Shown piece by piece: positions 24,465 to 38,060 of a stretch of 64,000 nt of DNA. The DNA is from Squalus acanthias (lineage: Eukaryota). Each line of letters begins with the position of its first letter. The first letter of the stretch is position 1. The position numbers and the translations under genes are program-made. The stretch covers positions 149,732,001 through 149,796,000 of the forward strand of contig CM059431.1 in NCBI GenBank assembly GCA_030390025.1. The letters run 5' to 3'. The notes under the pieces were generated by a model. The model was not told the DNA's origin. It saw only the letters and a program-made list of their open reading frames with translations, and ran no database searches.

Positions 24465-27400
24465 AGAAGCATAGGAGCATAGAAGCATAGAAGATAGGAG
24501 CAGGAGTAGGCCATTAGGCCCCTCGAGCCTGCTCCGCCATTTAATGAGATCGTGGCTGATCATCCAAATTCAGTACCCTGCCCTTGCTTTCTCCCCATAT
24601 TCCTTGATCCCTGTAGCCTTAAGAAATATATCTATTTCCTTCTTGAATATATTTAATAAATTGGCCTCAAATGCCCTCTGTTGTAGAGAATTCCACAGGT
24701 TCACCACGCACTTGGTGAATAAATTCCTCCTCATCTCAGTCCTAAATGGCTTGCACATTATCCTTAGACTGTGACCTCTGGTTCTGGAATCCCCCGCCAT
24801 CCGAAAAATACTTCCTGCATCTAGTTTGTCTAGTCCTGTTAGAATTTTAAAAATTTCAATGAGATCCCCTCTCATTCTTCGAAACTCTAGCGAATATAAG
24901 ACTAATTGACCCAATCTCTCTCCATACGTCATTCCTGACATCCCAGCTATCATACTGGTAAATCTACTCAGCCGTCCCTCTATAGCAAGAACATCCTTCC
25001 TCAGATAAGGCGACCAAAAGTGCACACAATACTCAAGGTGTGGTCTCACCAAGGCCTTGTACAACTGCAGCAAGTCATCCTTGCTCCTGTACTCGAATCC
25101 TCTCGCTATGAAGGCCAACATACCATTTGCCTTCTTTACCGCCTGCTGCACATGCATGCTTACCTTAAGCGACTGGTGCACAAGGAGTCTCAGATCTCGT
25201 TGCACTTCCCCTTTTCCTAATCTATTGCCGTTCAGGTAATAATCTGTCTTCCTGTTTTGCCACCAAAGTGGATAACCTCGCATTTATCCACATTATACTG
25301 CATCTGCCATGCATCGGCCCAATCACACAACCTATCCATATTATACTGGATTTTCTCTGCATCCTCCTCACAGCATACACGCCCACCCAGCTTTGTGTCG
25401 TCTGCAAACTTAGAGATATTACATCTAGTTCCCTCGTCTAGATTATTAATATATATTGTGAAAAGCTGGAGTCCTAGCATCGATCCCTGTGGTACCCCAC
25501 TACTCACTGCCTGCCACTCGGAAAAAGACCCGTTTATTGCAACACTTTGCATCCTGTCTGCCAATAAGTTATCTATCCAAATCACTACCACACCCCCAAT
25601 CCCATGTGCTTTAACTTTGCACGCTAATCTCTTATGCAGGAACTTATCGAACGCCTTCTGATAGTCCAAATACCCCACATCCACTGTTTCTCACTTATCT
25701 ATTCTACCAGTTAAATCCTCAAAAATTTAAAGCATATTGTTAGGCATGATTTCCCTTTTGTAAATCCATGTTGACTTTGTACGATCCTGGCACTGTTTTC
25801 CAAGCGCTCTGCTATTACATTTTTTATAATGGACTGTAGCATTTTGCCACTATCGATGTCAGGCTTACCGGTCTATAATTCCCGGTTTTTTCTCTACCAC
25901 CTCTTTTAAATAGTGCGGTTACATTAGCTACTCTCCAATCCATGGGAACTGTTCCAGAGTCGATAGAATTTTGAAAGATGACCAGCAATGCTTCTACTTT
26001 TACTAGGGCCACTTCCTTAATACCCTAGGATAAAAATTATCAGGCCCTGGGGTGTTATCGGCATTCAATCCCGCCAATTACCCTAACACCATTTCCCTAC
26101 AAATAGTGATGTCATTCAATTCCTCCCTCTCATTAGACCCTATTTACCCCAACATCTCTGGGAGAATTTTTGTGTCCTCCTTTGTGAAGACAGAACCAAT
26201 GTATGTATTTAATTAGGCAGCCATATATTTGTTCCCCATTATAAAATCCCCTGATTCTGATTGCAAGGGACCTACGATTGACTTCACCAATCTTTTTCTC
26301 TTCACATATCTATAGAAGCTTTTACAGCCAGTTTTTATGTTCCCCGATAGCTCACTCTCATAATCTATTTTCCCCCTATTAATTAATACCTTTGTCTTCC
26401 TTTGCTGAAATCTAAACTGTTCCCAAACCAGAGGTTTGCTGCTTTTTCTGTCCAATTTATATGTCCTCGCCTTGGATTTCTGCTATCCCTAATTTCCCTT
26501 GCTAGCCACGGTTTAGTCACCTGTTTTGTTTTATTTTTATGTAAAACAGTGATGAACAAATTCTGTAGTTCATCCATACGATCTTTAAATGTTTGGCATT
26601 GCCTATCCATCGTCAACCCTTTAAGAAACGCTTCCCAATCCACCCAAGCCAACTCGCGCCTCATACCATCGTAGTTTCCTTTTTTTAAGCTCAGGACGCT
26701 AGTCTCTGAGTCAACGACTTCACTCTCCGTCTTAATGAAGAATTCTATCATATTTTGATCGCTCCACCCCAAGGGCCAATGCACAACAAGATTGCAAATT
26801 AATCCTTTCTCATTACATAATACTCTGTCTAAGATGGCCTGATCTGTAGTTGGTTCCTCGACATAATGGTTCAGGAAACCAACCCGTATACACTCTTAGG
26901 AATTCCTCCTCCAAAGTAGTGTTACTAATTTGTTAAGCCCAATCTATATGATAACTGCTGTTCCCTTATTGCACGCGTCTGTAATTTTCGTTTTAATGAC
27001 AGCACCAAACTTAGCATTACTCTTTGGGGGTCTGTATACAACACCCTGTCACGTTTTCTGCCCCTTGATATTTCTCAGCTCTACCCATACAGATTCCACA
27101 TCATCAGAGCTAATATCCTTCCTTACTATTCTGTTAATGTCGTCCTTAACCAGCAATGCTACCCCACCTCCTTTTCCTTTTTGTCTGTCCTTCCTGAATA
27201 TAGAATACCCCTGGATGTTGAATTCCCAGCCTTGGTCACCCTGCAGCCATGTCTCCGTATCCCAATTATATCATATCCATTTACATCTATTTGTGCAGCT
27301 AATTCATCCACCTTATCACGATTGCTCCTCGCATTAAGACACAAAGCTTTCAGGCTTGTTTTTTTAACACTGTTATTCCTTTTAGAATTATAATTTAGTG

Positions 27401-27898
27401 TAGCCCTGCTTGATTTACGCCCCTGATTAATCTGCCTTCCACTTTTGCTTTTCCCCTTCCTGTCTTTTGCTTCTATCCTTGCTTCCCTTTCCTCTGCTTC
27501 CCTGCACAGGTGCCCAACCCCCTGCCATTTCAGTTTAAACCCTCCCTAACAGCACTAGCAAACACTCCGCCTAGGACATCGGTCCCGGTCCTGCCCAGGT
27601 GCAAACCGTCCAGTTTGTACTGGTCGCACCTCCCCCAGAACCGGTTCCAATGTACCAGGAATTTGAATCCCTACCCCTTGCCCCATTATTCTAACCACGT
27701 ATTCATCTGAAATATCCTTCTATTTCTACTCTGACTAGAACGTGGCACCGTTAGCAATCCTGAGATTACTACCTTTGAGGTCAATGTTTTAATTTATCTC
27801 CTAACTCCCTATATTCAGCTTTTAGGACCTCATCCCATTTTTTCCTTATATCGTTGGTGCCTATATGCACCACGACAACTGGCTGTTCACCCTCCCCC
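24465..27898 (-). mobile_element. CR1 LINE, 5'-truncated (end of ORF1 plus full ORF2, degraded)
   Basis: FADDTKL RT, YLDYQKAFDK, CLNARS endonuclease, EQPVVVVHIGTND ORF1 esterase-like motif, (CTATGCTT)n tail at 24465-24495. Confidence 0.95.
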
Positions 27899-28150
27899 TC
27901 ACCCAGAGAGTTGTGAACCTGTGGAATTCTCTACCACAGAAGGCAGTTGAGCCTAATTAATTAAATATATTCAAGAAAGAGATAGATACATTTCCTATGG
28001 CTAATGGTATCAAGTGATATGGGGAGAAAGCAGAGACAGGGTACTGAATTTGGATGAGCAGCCATGATCTAATTAAAACGCGGAGCAGGCTCGAGTCACC
28101 GAATGGCCTACTCCAGCTCCTATCGTCTATGCTTCTATGCTATGCTTCTA
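27899..28150 (+). mobile_element. CR1 3' fragment, right half with tail
   Basis: Matches 5540-5790; ends in (CTATGCTT)n. Confidence 0.85.
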
Positions 28151-28151
28151 T

Positions 28152-28720
28152 AGTACACCTTCGGAAACCCCCCTGTTTAATAAACACCATAATCTTCCCC
28201 AGTGAATCCCCACTGTATAATCCCCCCCTATACTACACCCCTGTGAAACCCTGTGTAATACCCCCGTAAACTACACCCCACTGAACCACCCCTGTATATT
28301 ACCCCAGTACACTACACCCCTGTGAAACTCCTCCTCCCCGTGTAATTCCCCGCATGAAATTCCGCATTTAATCTCCTTGTAAATTCGCCCCTTTTAAATG
28401 CCCCGTTTAATCCCCCATGTGAATTCAATCCAACTGTAAAATAGCAGCAAATAATTCGCCCACCCCGCTTATCTCCTCCACCCTTGTGAACAGTTATCCA
28501 GAAAAATTCCCCCCGTCAACCTTCCCCTGTATAATATCCCTTCTGTATAATACGCCCGTACACTGCATCTACTCCCGTATAAACACTCCCCCTGTGAAAT
28601 TGCCCGCTGTGATATTCCCCGTCTCCCTGCACGCTGTACAATTCGCTCTGTGGACCTCCTCTTTACATCTCTTCCCCTCTGTGAAACTCCTTCCACCCCC
28701 GCACCCCCACCCGTGATACG
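28152..28720. repeat. C-rich degenerate minisatellite, right part
   Basis: Same motif as 23988-24325. Confidence 0.75.
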
Positions 28721-28999
28721 CCATTTTGCCCTTTCTGTGACTTACTTTACTGGGTATGGGTGCAACACACGACCCTCTTTAATTTGGTTTTATTTCAAGT
28801 CCATACAAACAGAAACTTTGTAAAATACTCCCCCCGCAGCCAGCACAAAATAGCTGCACCACCACAGCAAACACAAAATGGCTGTCGGCGCTCTCTTCGT
28901 GGCTGTGTAAAGCATGGCTGGAAAATTATTTGGAGAGAGACTGAGATGGGGTGGGTGGGGCACGCTCTGGGAAAATGGCCGGGTAGAGTAATGTGTGCA

Positions 29000-29617
29000 C
29001 AAAGTGGTACAAGATTAAAGACGTCTAAATAAAATTATATAGGGCCCTGGTGAGACCTGACTTGGAGTATCGTGTACAGTTTAGATCTACTTAACTAAGG
29101 AACGATATACTTGCCGTAGAGGGATTGAAACGAAGGTTCACCAGACTGGTTCCTGGGATGGGGGGATTGTGCTATGAGGAGAGGTTGAGTAGAATCGGCC
29201 GATATTCTCTAGAGTTTAGAAGATTGAGAGATGATCTCATTGAAACATACACAATTCTTGCAGGGCTTGACTGGGTAGATGCACGGAGGATGTTTCACCT
29301 GGCTGGAGAGTCTAGAACCAGGGATCACAGTATCAGAATAAAGGGTCGGCCATTGAGATGTTGATGAGGAGAAATTTCTTCACTCAGAGGGTGGCGAAAC
29401 TTTGGAATTCAATACCCCAGAGGGCTGTTGAGGCTCTGTCGTGGAGTATATTCAAGACGGAGATCGATCGGTTTTTGAATATTGAGGGAATCAGGCGATA
29501 TGGGGATAGTAAAGGAATGTGGAGTTGAGGTAAAAGATCAACCATGATGTTATTGAATTGCGGAGCAGGCTCGACCGGCCAAATGGCCTACTCCTGCTCC
29601 TATATGTTATGTTCTTA
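29000..29617 (+). mobile_element. CR1 3' fragment
   Basis: RRFTRLVPGMGGLCYEERL...YSLEFRRLR and CR1 3' UTR with tail. Confidence 0.9.
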
Positions 29618-30429
29618 AGTGCGGTTCAGAGCGAATGGGTCTATGTGCAACTGTAAGAAATGCAGAGTGAAGGAAGGGAGGGCAAAGCCAAGCGTTTTTC
29701 CTGCGAGCTGCCAGTGAGAACACTGCTGACCAGGGAGGAGCCGCTTGGGCAAACTATGCTGGCAGTGAGTCTCACGGTGTTCCTCCACCGCAAACCCAGC
29801 TCCCAATAGCGGATTTTGAAAATACAACAACTTTCGCCTGATTTGAACGGTGGGGGGTTTCAAGGGAATTCTGATTTTTGCAGTGAGGAGAGAGGACTGT
29901 TTATAAAATGCCACATTCCAAACACAGTTTATAGAAGTAAATACGTCGGGCAACAGGTTGGTGGGAAACTCCATTAAAATGCAGCAGCGGTGGTGATTTC
30001 TCTGCAATATCAGCAAGCTGGCTCACTTCAGTCAGAGTTCCAACCGCCAATAGCTGCTCTGTGAAAAGTTGCCAGCGGTTTTTACCGGCGGACTTGATGA
30101 GTCACTTGGTGAGTCACTTGGTGAGTGACAGCCGCACCAATCAATCGTGTGCGGAGCGGTATTGAAGATCAGCCAATGGAATTTGCGATGGGCGGTGCAC
30201 ACTCCGGTGATTGACAGGTCGGATCGGGAGCGTGTGTTTGGGAAGCTCTGCTTCAGGGACCAAACTTCAAATGGAAGTGTTGCTGATTTTGTGGGGATTT
30301 ATGTCTGATGCGCGCTGTGCATAATTAAGACAATATATATTTGCGGTGATGTCGTGATGGATTCTTCCCTATAGTGTCATTTTAGAAATGGAAAGTGTTG
30401 AGAATGTGAAACGAATCCCCCTTCGCTCT

Positions 30430-31580
30430 GTCTCTCGCCAAAGTTTCTCTCCCTCTTTCTCTCTCTCTCTCACCCCCAGTCTCTCTCTCACCCCCAGTCT
30501 CCTTCTCTCCCCAGTCTCTCTCTCTCATCCCCAGTCTCTCTCTCTCCCTTGTCTCACTCTCTCTCTCTCCCTTTCCCCCAGTCTCTCTATCTCTCCCCAA
30601 GCCTTTCTCTATCCCCCAATCTCTTTCTCTCTATCCCCCAGTCTCTCTCACTCTCTCCCCAGTCTCTCTCTCTCCAGCAGTCTCTCTCAGTCCCCCAGTC
30701 TCTCTCTCTCTCCACCAGTCTCTATCTCTCCCCAGTCTCTCTCTCATCCCCAGTCTCTCTCTCTCACCCCCAGTCTTTCTCTCCCCAGTCTCTCTCGCTC
30801 TCTCTTTCCCCAGTCTCTCTCTGACCCCCAGTATTTCTCTCTCTCCTCCAGTCTCTCTCTCCCCCAGTCTCTCTCTCTCTCCACAGTCTCTCTCGCTCTC
30901 TACCCCAGTCTCTCTCTCCCCAGTCTCTCTCTCTCCCCAGTGTCTCTCTCTCTCTCCCCAATCTCTCTCTGTCCCCAATCTCTTTCTATCCCCAGTCTCT
31001 CTCTCTCTCTGCAGTCTCTCTCTCTCCCAGTCTCTTTCTCTCCCCAGTCTCTCTCTCTTTCTCTCTCCCGTCTCTCTCTCTCTCTCTCACACACCAGTCT
31101 CTCTCTATCCCCAATCTTGCCCTCTCCCCTGAGAGAGAGTAAGAGATAGTATGGAAGAGACTGAGATAGATTGAGACAGAGACTGAGAGAGAGTGTCTCA
31201 AAAACAGAGAGAAATTAAGGCAGAGATTGAGAACAAGTGAGAGAGCGACAGAGAGAGAGAAAGCGCGTGACAGAGAGATAAGAAGATTGAGAGAGTGACA
31301 GCAATAGAGAAGATAGATAGATTGAGATAGAGTGAGGAGATATTATTAGATATACATAGGGAGAGAGAGGGTAACGGAGATAGAGGAGACGTAGATGGAG
31401 ATAGAAAGGTGAGAGATTATTATATATAGATAGAGAGAGAGGGGAAGACATAGATAGAGGATATTTAGATGGAGAAAGAGAGACCTGATATTAGATATAG
31501 ATAGAGAGAGGGTGGGACAGAGATAAAGGAGAGATATTTGATAGGAGACCAACGCGGAGTGAGAAGCAGATTATAGATAG
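30430..31580. repeat. Compound microsatellite: CT-rich (CCCCAGTCTCTCT)n followed by GA-rich tract
   Basis: Directly visible; strand composition flips near 31130. Confidence 0.95.
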
Positions 31581-31844
31581 AGGGAAGGTGTATTTCCCTT
31601 TTGATTATGTGAAATTCTGTATGCTGCTGGCCCTTTGAGCTGTTAATGATCCTTTGAAAGAGTGTGCTTTATTACTGAGTGTGATCGCAGATCTTTTATC
31701 TCCAATGATGGCACAGTGCTGAGCTGTTTCCAACTAAACCGAAGCCACTGGTTGGAAGGTGAGAAGAATTGTTCCATTAAGCAAGTGGATTAATTTAAAT
31801 ACACTGGGACGACAGAAGCATTAGTTGCTTACTCGAAATAACAA

Positions 31845-32752
31845 CAGAAAACGCTGGAAAAACTCAGGTGGCCAGACAACATCCCTGGAGAGAGAAACAG
31901 AGTTAACGTTTCAGGTCGAAATCCTTCGTCGGAACTGAAAGAGCAGGAATTTAAACAGATAAAAATGCAAGGGGAGGCTGTGGGGGAGGAATAACAGAAC
32001 AAAGGGGTGGGGGTCTATGTTAAGTAGAGACATTAAGAGATGCTCAAGGCAAGACGAGATGGTAATGGAAAGGTTAAGAAACAAAAGGTGAGGTGTGAAA
32101 TGCTGGCAGAATGAGAGACAGCTGCCGTGGGGGGAGAGAGAGAAAAAAAGGAAAAAGACACGGACCAAAAGAGTGGATAAAATGTATACATATGTGGTAG
32201 GGGCCGGGGTTATGATCTGAAATTGTTGAACTCGATATTAGGTCCGGAAGGCTGTAAAGTGCCTAAACGAAAGATGAGGTGCTGTTCCTCGAGCAACGCT
32301 GCGCTTCCTTGGAACAATGCAAGAGGCCGAGGACGGTGAGGTCTGAGTGGGCGTGGAGGGGTGAATTAAAATGACAAACGACCGGAAGCTCGGGATCACC
32401 ATTACGGACTGAACGGAGGTGCTCCGCAAAGCGGTCACCCAATCCGTGTTTAGTCTCCCCAGTGTAGAGGAGACCACATCGTGAGCAGCGAATACTGTAT
32501 ACTAGATTGCAAGAAGTACAAGTAAATCGCTGTTTCACCTGGAAGGGGTGTTTGGGGCCCTGTAGAGTGGGAAGGGTGGATGTATAAGGGCAGGTGTTGC
32601 ATCTCATGCGCTTGCACGGGAAGGTGCCGGGTGAAGGGGAAGGGGTGCTGTGGGTGAAAGAGGAGTGGACTAGGGTGTCTCGGAGGGAGCGGTCCCTACG
32701 GAATGCTGAAAGGGGAGGTGAGGGGAAGATACGTTTGATGGTGGGATCACGT
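31845..32752 (-). mobile_element. Penelope-like retroelement fragment (GIY-YIG endonuclease)
   Basis: RCNTCPY...FTCTSCNLVYSIRCSRCGLLYTGETK...RFAEHLRSV...VVCHFN is the GIY-YIG domain typical of vertebrate Penelope-like elements. Confidence 0.88.
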
Positions 32753-32849
32753 TGCTTCTGTTGGTGTTACTGTTAAGTCTCCACATCCAGCAATTAGATC
32801 TTTACACCACTTCCACTGTATTACTGTGTTTGTCATTTCAATCTTTGTA

Positions 32850-33310
32850 AGATCAAAGCAATTGTCTTCGGTCCTCGTCACAAAGTTATTCTTTTGTCCA
32901 TCAATTCAGTCTCCCTCGCTCGGCAATGTCTGAGGATGAACCAGACTGTTCACAACCACGGCATTCTCTTTGACTCTGAGCTGATGTTCCGACCATGTAT
33001 TCTCTGAATCACTGGTCCTACCTACTGCCACCTCCATAATATCAATCGTCTCCAACCCTCCTCAGCCCTTCCGCTGCATAAACCCTCACTCGAGCCTTTG
33101 TTAAATCCAGACTCAACTATTCCAATACTCACCTGGCTGGCCTCCCAGTTACAAGCTTCCATAAGCTAGAGCTCATCCAAAACTCTGCTGCCCATATCCT
33201 AACACGCATAATGTCACGTTCACCCATCACCCCTTTGCTCGCTGAGCACCATTTGTTCCCAATCGGGAAATGCCTCGGTCTGAATATTCTGATCCTTTAA
33301 ATCAAATCCC
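32850..33310 (+). mobile_element. Old L2-type LINE RT 3' fragment
   Basis: Degenerate AFVKSRLNYSNTHLAGLP...LELIQNSAAHILT...SPITPLL. Confidence 0.7.
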
Positions 33311-33494
33311 ACCATGGATTCACTTCTCCAATTAGTCTCATTTCCCAGTTCTTTATCCATAGTTCTGCAAATTGTGACCCTTCAAGTATTTATCCAATTT
33401 CCCTTTTAAAGTTAATTTCTTCCCCTCTGTACCTCAGCCAGTCTTTTAATCTTTATTTTTCTTTCTCTCTGACACTCTCTCTGTTGCTTGCTCA

Positions 33495-34060
33495 TAGAAT
33501 CATCGAATGGTACAGCACATACGGAGGCCATTCGGCCCATCGTGTCAGTGCCGTCTCTTTGAAAGAGCTATCTCATTAGTCCTACTCTTTAGCCAGAGCC
33601 CTGTAAAAATTTTCCCTTCAACTAATTATCCCTTTAACTTTCAAAATGTATTATTGTATCTACATCAACCACGTTCTCAGACAGTGCATTCCAGATCACA
33701 ACAGTTCACTGCGTAATGGAAATTCTCCTCATCTCCCCTCTGGATCTTTGAAATCTGTGTCCTATGTTTACCCACCATTCTGCCACTGGAAAAAAATCGA
33801 CATATGCCCCCTATCGAATCCCAGCAAAATTTTGATCATCTATATTAAATATCCTCTTATGAAAAAGGGCAAAGATAGTTCCGGTGTAAAAGTTTTCAAT
33901 TGGGGAGCGGCCAATTTTATTAAGCTGAGATGTGATTTAGCAAAGGTGAACTGGAAAAAGCTACTTGAAGGTAAATCAGTGTCAGAGCAATGGGAGGGGT
34001 CATTCACGGAGGAGGTAGTTCGGGTTCAGAGCAAATATTTTACCACAAAGAAAAAGGGAA
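33495..34060. mobile_element. Small CR1 fragments (minus-strand 3' tail, then plus-strand ORF2 piece)
   Basis: catagaatcat...ggaggccattcggcccatc tail; VFNWGAANFIKLRCDLAKVNW ORF2 piece. Confidence 0.65.
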
Positions 34061-34067
34061 ACAAAAG

Positions 34068-35232
34068 ATTTTTATTTGTATGGCGCCTTTCACGACCACG
34101 GGACGTCTCAAAACGCTCTACAGACAATGAAATACATTTGCAGTGCAGTCACTGTTGTAATGTAGGAAACGCGTTAGCCAATTGGCGCATAGCCAGGTCC
34201 CACAAACTTCAATGGCCCAGAAATTCAGGTCCCCATGGGTGAGTACGCGCTGAGTACTCATCTGTCGGGCCACCGGATATGCCGGGTTCGCGCATGCACT
34301 GCGCATGCACGGAAAACCGGAACTTCCGGTCTCGTGATGGAAGCGGTAAGCGCGTCAACCACGTGGGCGGAAGAGGCAGCGCGTACGCATCGATATTCCG
34401 CTTTTTCTACAGGTTTCGCCGTCCGTGTAAGTCGCTAGCATCTGCTTTTAACAAGGTAAGAGGTGATTTAAGTAAAATTGAAACATTTTTTCCACACGTT
34501 TTTCATTTCTAAATATTTTAAAGAAAGGTAAGTTTACTTTTAGCCCCGTTAAAAATGTAATTAACTTTGTAAAAAAATTAAATTTTTGTTTAAAATAGTT
34601 AATTCATGTAATTTATAGTTATTTTATACATGTGATTTAAAAAAAAATATTTCACTTTTACTTAGGTTTTGTGCCAGATCTTCCTGTCAAATCTATGAAA
34701 GGAGATTCCCTGCTCCGATTGGCTCCCCATGGCCCACGTGATCCCAGGGGATTCTGCGAACTAGCTTCACCGCTGGGATATGCAAGCACTGCACACCGGC
34801 AGCTGGAGGAGGCCCAGGATCGGAATCGCACGCGGTCCCACAGCACAATGGCAGGCAATCTAGGTAAGTGCAGGTCGGGGGCTTGCGCCCGCGGGAAGCC
34901 TCCGACCCGAATTTCTGGGCTAATGTGATAATAACCAGATAATCTGTTTTGTTATGTTGAATGTGGGATAAATATTGGCCACGGCACCGGGGTTAACTCC
35001 CCTGCTCTTCTTCGAAATATTGCCATGGGGTCCTTTCCGTCCACCTGAGAGAGCAGACGAGGCCACGGTTTAACGTGTAATCCGAAAGACAGCACCTACG
35101 ACAGTGCAGCACTCCCTCAGCACTGCACTTGCGTGTCAGCATAGCTTTATCTGCTCAGGTCCCTGGAGTCGGACTTGAACCGACAAGCTTCTGACCCTGA
35201 GACGAATGAGCTACCAACTGAGCCACAACTGG
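34068..35232 (-). mobile_element. tRNA-derived Deu-domain SINE (SacSINE1-like), split by a MITE
   Basis: tRNA-like head at 35160-35232 (ggacttgaacc...gagctaccaactgagccac on +), core ctcccctgctcttcttcgaaat...gacagtgcagcactccctcag, tail at 34068-34210. Confidence 0.75.
34214..34921. mobile_element. Non-autonomous DNA transposon (MITE, PIF/Harbinger-like)
   Basis: TIRs GCCCAGAAATTC / GAATTTCTGGGC, 3-bp AAT duplication, GC-rich arms with AT-rich centre; interrupts a SINE cleanly. Confidence 0.8.
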
Positions 35233-35289
35233 CAAAAGGGATGGGACTCTCAAATCTAAATGCCACTAGCTGTCAAGGAGCATAAAGGC

Positions 35290-38060
35290 CTTTTGGCCCA
35301 ACCAGTCTATGCCGATGTTTAGGCTCCACTCGAGCCTCCTCCCGTCTTTCCTCATCTAATTCTATTAGTATAACCCTCCATTTCCTTCTCCCTCATTTGC
35401 TTATCTAACCGCCCCTTCAATGCATCTATACTATTCGCTTGAACCACTCACCGTGGTACCGAGTTACACATACTCACCACAATCTGGGTAAAGATGTTTA
35501 TTCTGAATTCAACTATTTCATTTCTTGGTGAATATCTTATATTGATGACCTCTAGTTTTGTTCTTCCCCAAAAGTGGGAAGACTCTCTCTGTATCTACTC
35601 TATCAAAATCTTTCATGATAATGACCTCTATTAGGTCACCCCGCAGACTTCTCTTTTCAAGAGAAAAGTGACCCTGACTGTTCATCTTTTCCTGATAGTT
35701 GTGCCCTGGCATTTCTGGAATCGTCTTTGTAAATCTTCTCTGCATCCTCCCCAATGCCTCTGTATTTTTTTTTTAATTTAGCGACCAGAATTACCCACTC
35801 TACGCCAAGTGTGGTCTAACCAAGTCCACAACAAGGCTCGATACAAGTTTAGCATAACTTCACTACTTTTCAATTCAATCCCTCTTGAAATAAATCTTAG
35901 TGCTTGCTTTGCTTTTTGTATTGCCTTGTTAACCTGTGTCGAATCTTTTCAGTGATTTGTGAATTTGTACTCCGAGATCTCTTTGCACCTATACCCCATT
36001 TTAGATTCTTATTTTCCAAGTAATATGTGACCTCCCAATTTTTCTTACCAAAATGTAATACCTCACAATTATCTGTGTTGCATTTCATTTGCTAATTATA
36101 TGCCCATTCTTCAAGTTTATTATTTCTTCCGGTAATTTGTTGCAGTGCTCGTCAGTATTGGCTGTCCCCTCCAATTTGGTGTCGTCCACAAATATAGAAC
36201 ATATGTTTTTGATTCCAAAGTCTAAATCGTTAATGTAAATTGTGAACAACAGTGTTCCCAGCATTGCACCTTGTAGAACACCAGGACACAACTTCTTCAA
36301 CTATGAATAGCTAACCTTTACCTCTAATCACTGCTTTCTGTCTTGAAGCCAGCTAGCTATCCATTCTGCTACTTGTCCCCTGAATCCGCATTGCCTGACC
36401 TTACTTATTAGTCTATTACGGTGTCCCTTATCTAAGGCCTTTTCAAAATCTTGATAGATTACATCTACTGCATTAGCATTGTCTACTCTCTCTGTTACCT
36501 CTTCAAAATAGTCATTTAGTTTGCTCAAGCATGAATCTCCCTTTAGATATCCATATTGAATTCATTATTATATTTTTTATTTCTAGATGTTCTCATATTT
36601 TCTCATTTAGTCGTGCTTCCATTACTTTTCCTAACACCGATGTTCATCTGACTGGATTATAGATCCCTGGACATGTTCTATCTCCCTTCTAAGATATATA
36701 CCTATTACGTTAGCTATCCGCCCGTCCTCTGGAACTACACCTTTTTCTAACGAATTATTAAATATGTGTAGTAATGCCTCTGCTATCTCTTCCCTAGATT
36801 CTCTTAAAATGCGGGGATATAGCCGTCCACACCAGTGGGATTATCCACTTTTAGTTTGAATAGTTTATTTAATATATCTATTCATTTTATTGTAAATGCA
36901 GTTAACTCATTACTAATCTCATCATCCGAAGACATCACCACCTGTTCTATATCCCTGGTAAATACTGAAGCAAAGGAATTATTTAATCTCTCTGCCAGCT
37001 CTCTATTGCTGTCTGTGGCATTATCTTCTTCATCGCACTTCGGCCCTATTGACATCAAGACATTCAGTTTTTTTTACTGATATGCCTGTAAACTATTTTA
37101 ATGTTTCGTTTTATAGTCCTTGATAAATTAATTCCATAGTTAATGTTTGCCTTCCTAATTGTTTTTTGCCTTCTCTTCTAATCCCTTCATATTACCCCTT
37201 ATCATACTCTCCCCTGCTGTCCATGTACTTAATGTATGCCGCTTTCCTTATGCTCAACTTTTCCTTACGGTTTATTCATCCACGGTGTCTCATTGTGGTT
37301 TAGCTTGTACTTCTTTATTAGCAGAATATAATTTTCCTGGACTGTGTTGAATACTGCTTTAAATGTTTCGCATTGCTGTTCCTCATCATTGTTTGACAAT
37401 GTTGATCATTTTATTTCCCAAGTGCTATTCTGAGCCCCACAAAATCAGCTATTCTCCTATCTGTTTCCCTGGTCTTTGTCATACCAATGTTCTTCTCAAT
37501 TATTATCAGCAAGCGTAATATATTGTGATCACTATTGCCTAGATGTTATCCTCCATTTACTTCTCTTAGCTGCTCTGGTTCATTACACATTACTAGATCC
37601 AATAGTGAATCCTCCCTTGTTGAGCGTTTTACATCTTGGATTAAAAGGAGTCATGTACACATTGTAGAAACTCTATTCCCTTAACCCCTAACTGCTTAAT
37701 TTGTCCAATTAATATCTGGGAATTGGAAATCCCCCATGATTATTATACTCTGTTTGTATACTAATTTCCCTAACTTGTCTGCATATTTCTTCCTCCACCT
37801 CTGTTCCACTATTATGAGGTCTGTTTTCTACCCCTATTAGTGTGATTGAACCTTTTTTGTTTTTTAACTCTATCCACATGAATTCTATTTCTGTCTTGCT
37901 GATACCTGCGTCACATTTATCTACAGCCATTATATATTCCTAATAGTATATATACTCCACCTCCCCTTTTCCACTCTCCATCTATCTTTTCTAAATATGT
38001 TATAACCTGCAATGTTTAATTCCCTTTCCTAATTTGTCAGTATCCATGTCTCAGTGAAAG
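35290..38060 (-). mobile_element. Old degraded CR1 LINE ORF2
   Basis: FEEVTERVD...DVIYQDFEKALDK, LLFTIYINDLD...FVDDTKL, QRRFTKTIPEM fragments. Confidence 0.88.

Noticed and set aside
30388..31552. Ser/Leu/Pro-rich and Arg/Glu-rich ORFs up to 253 aa
   Set aside because: Translations of CT/GA microsatellite.
33646..34242. 198-aa ORF
   Set aside because: Chimeric read-through of CR1 fragments, SINE tail and MITE end.
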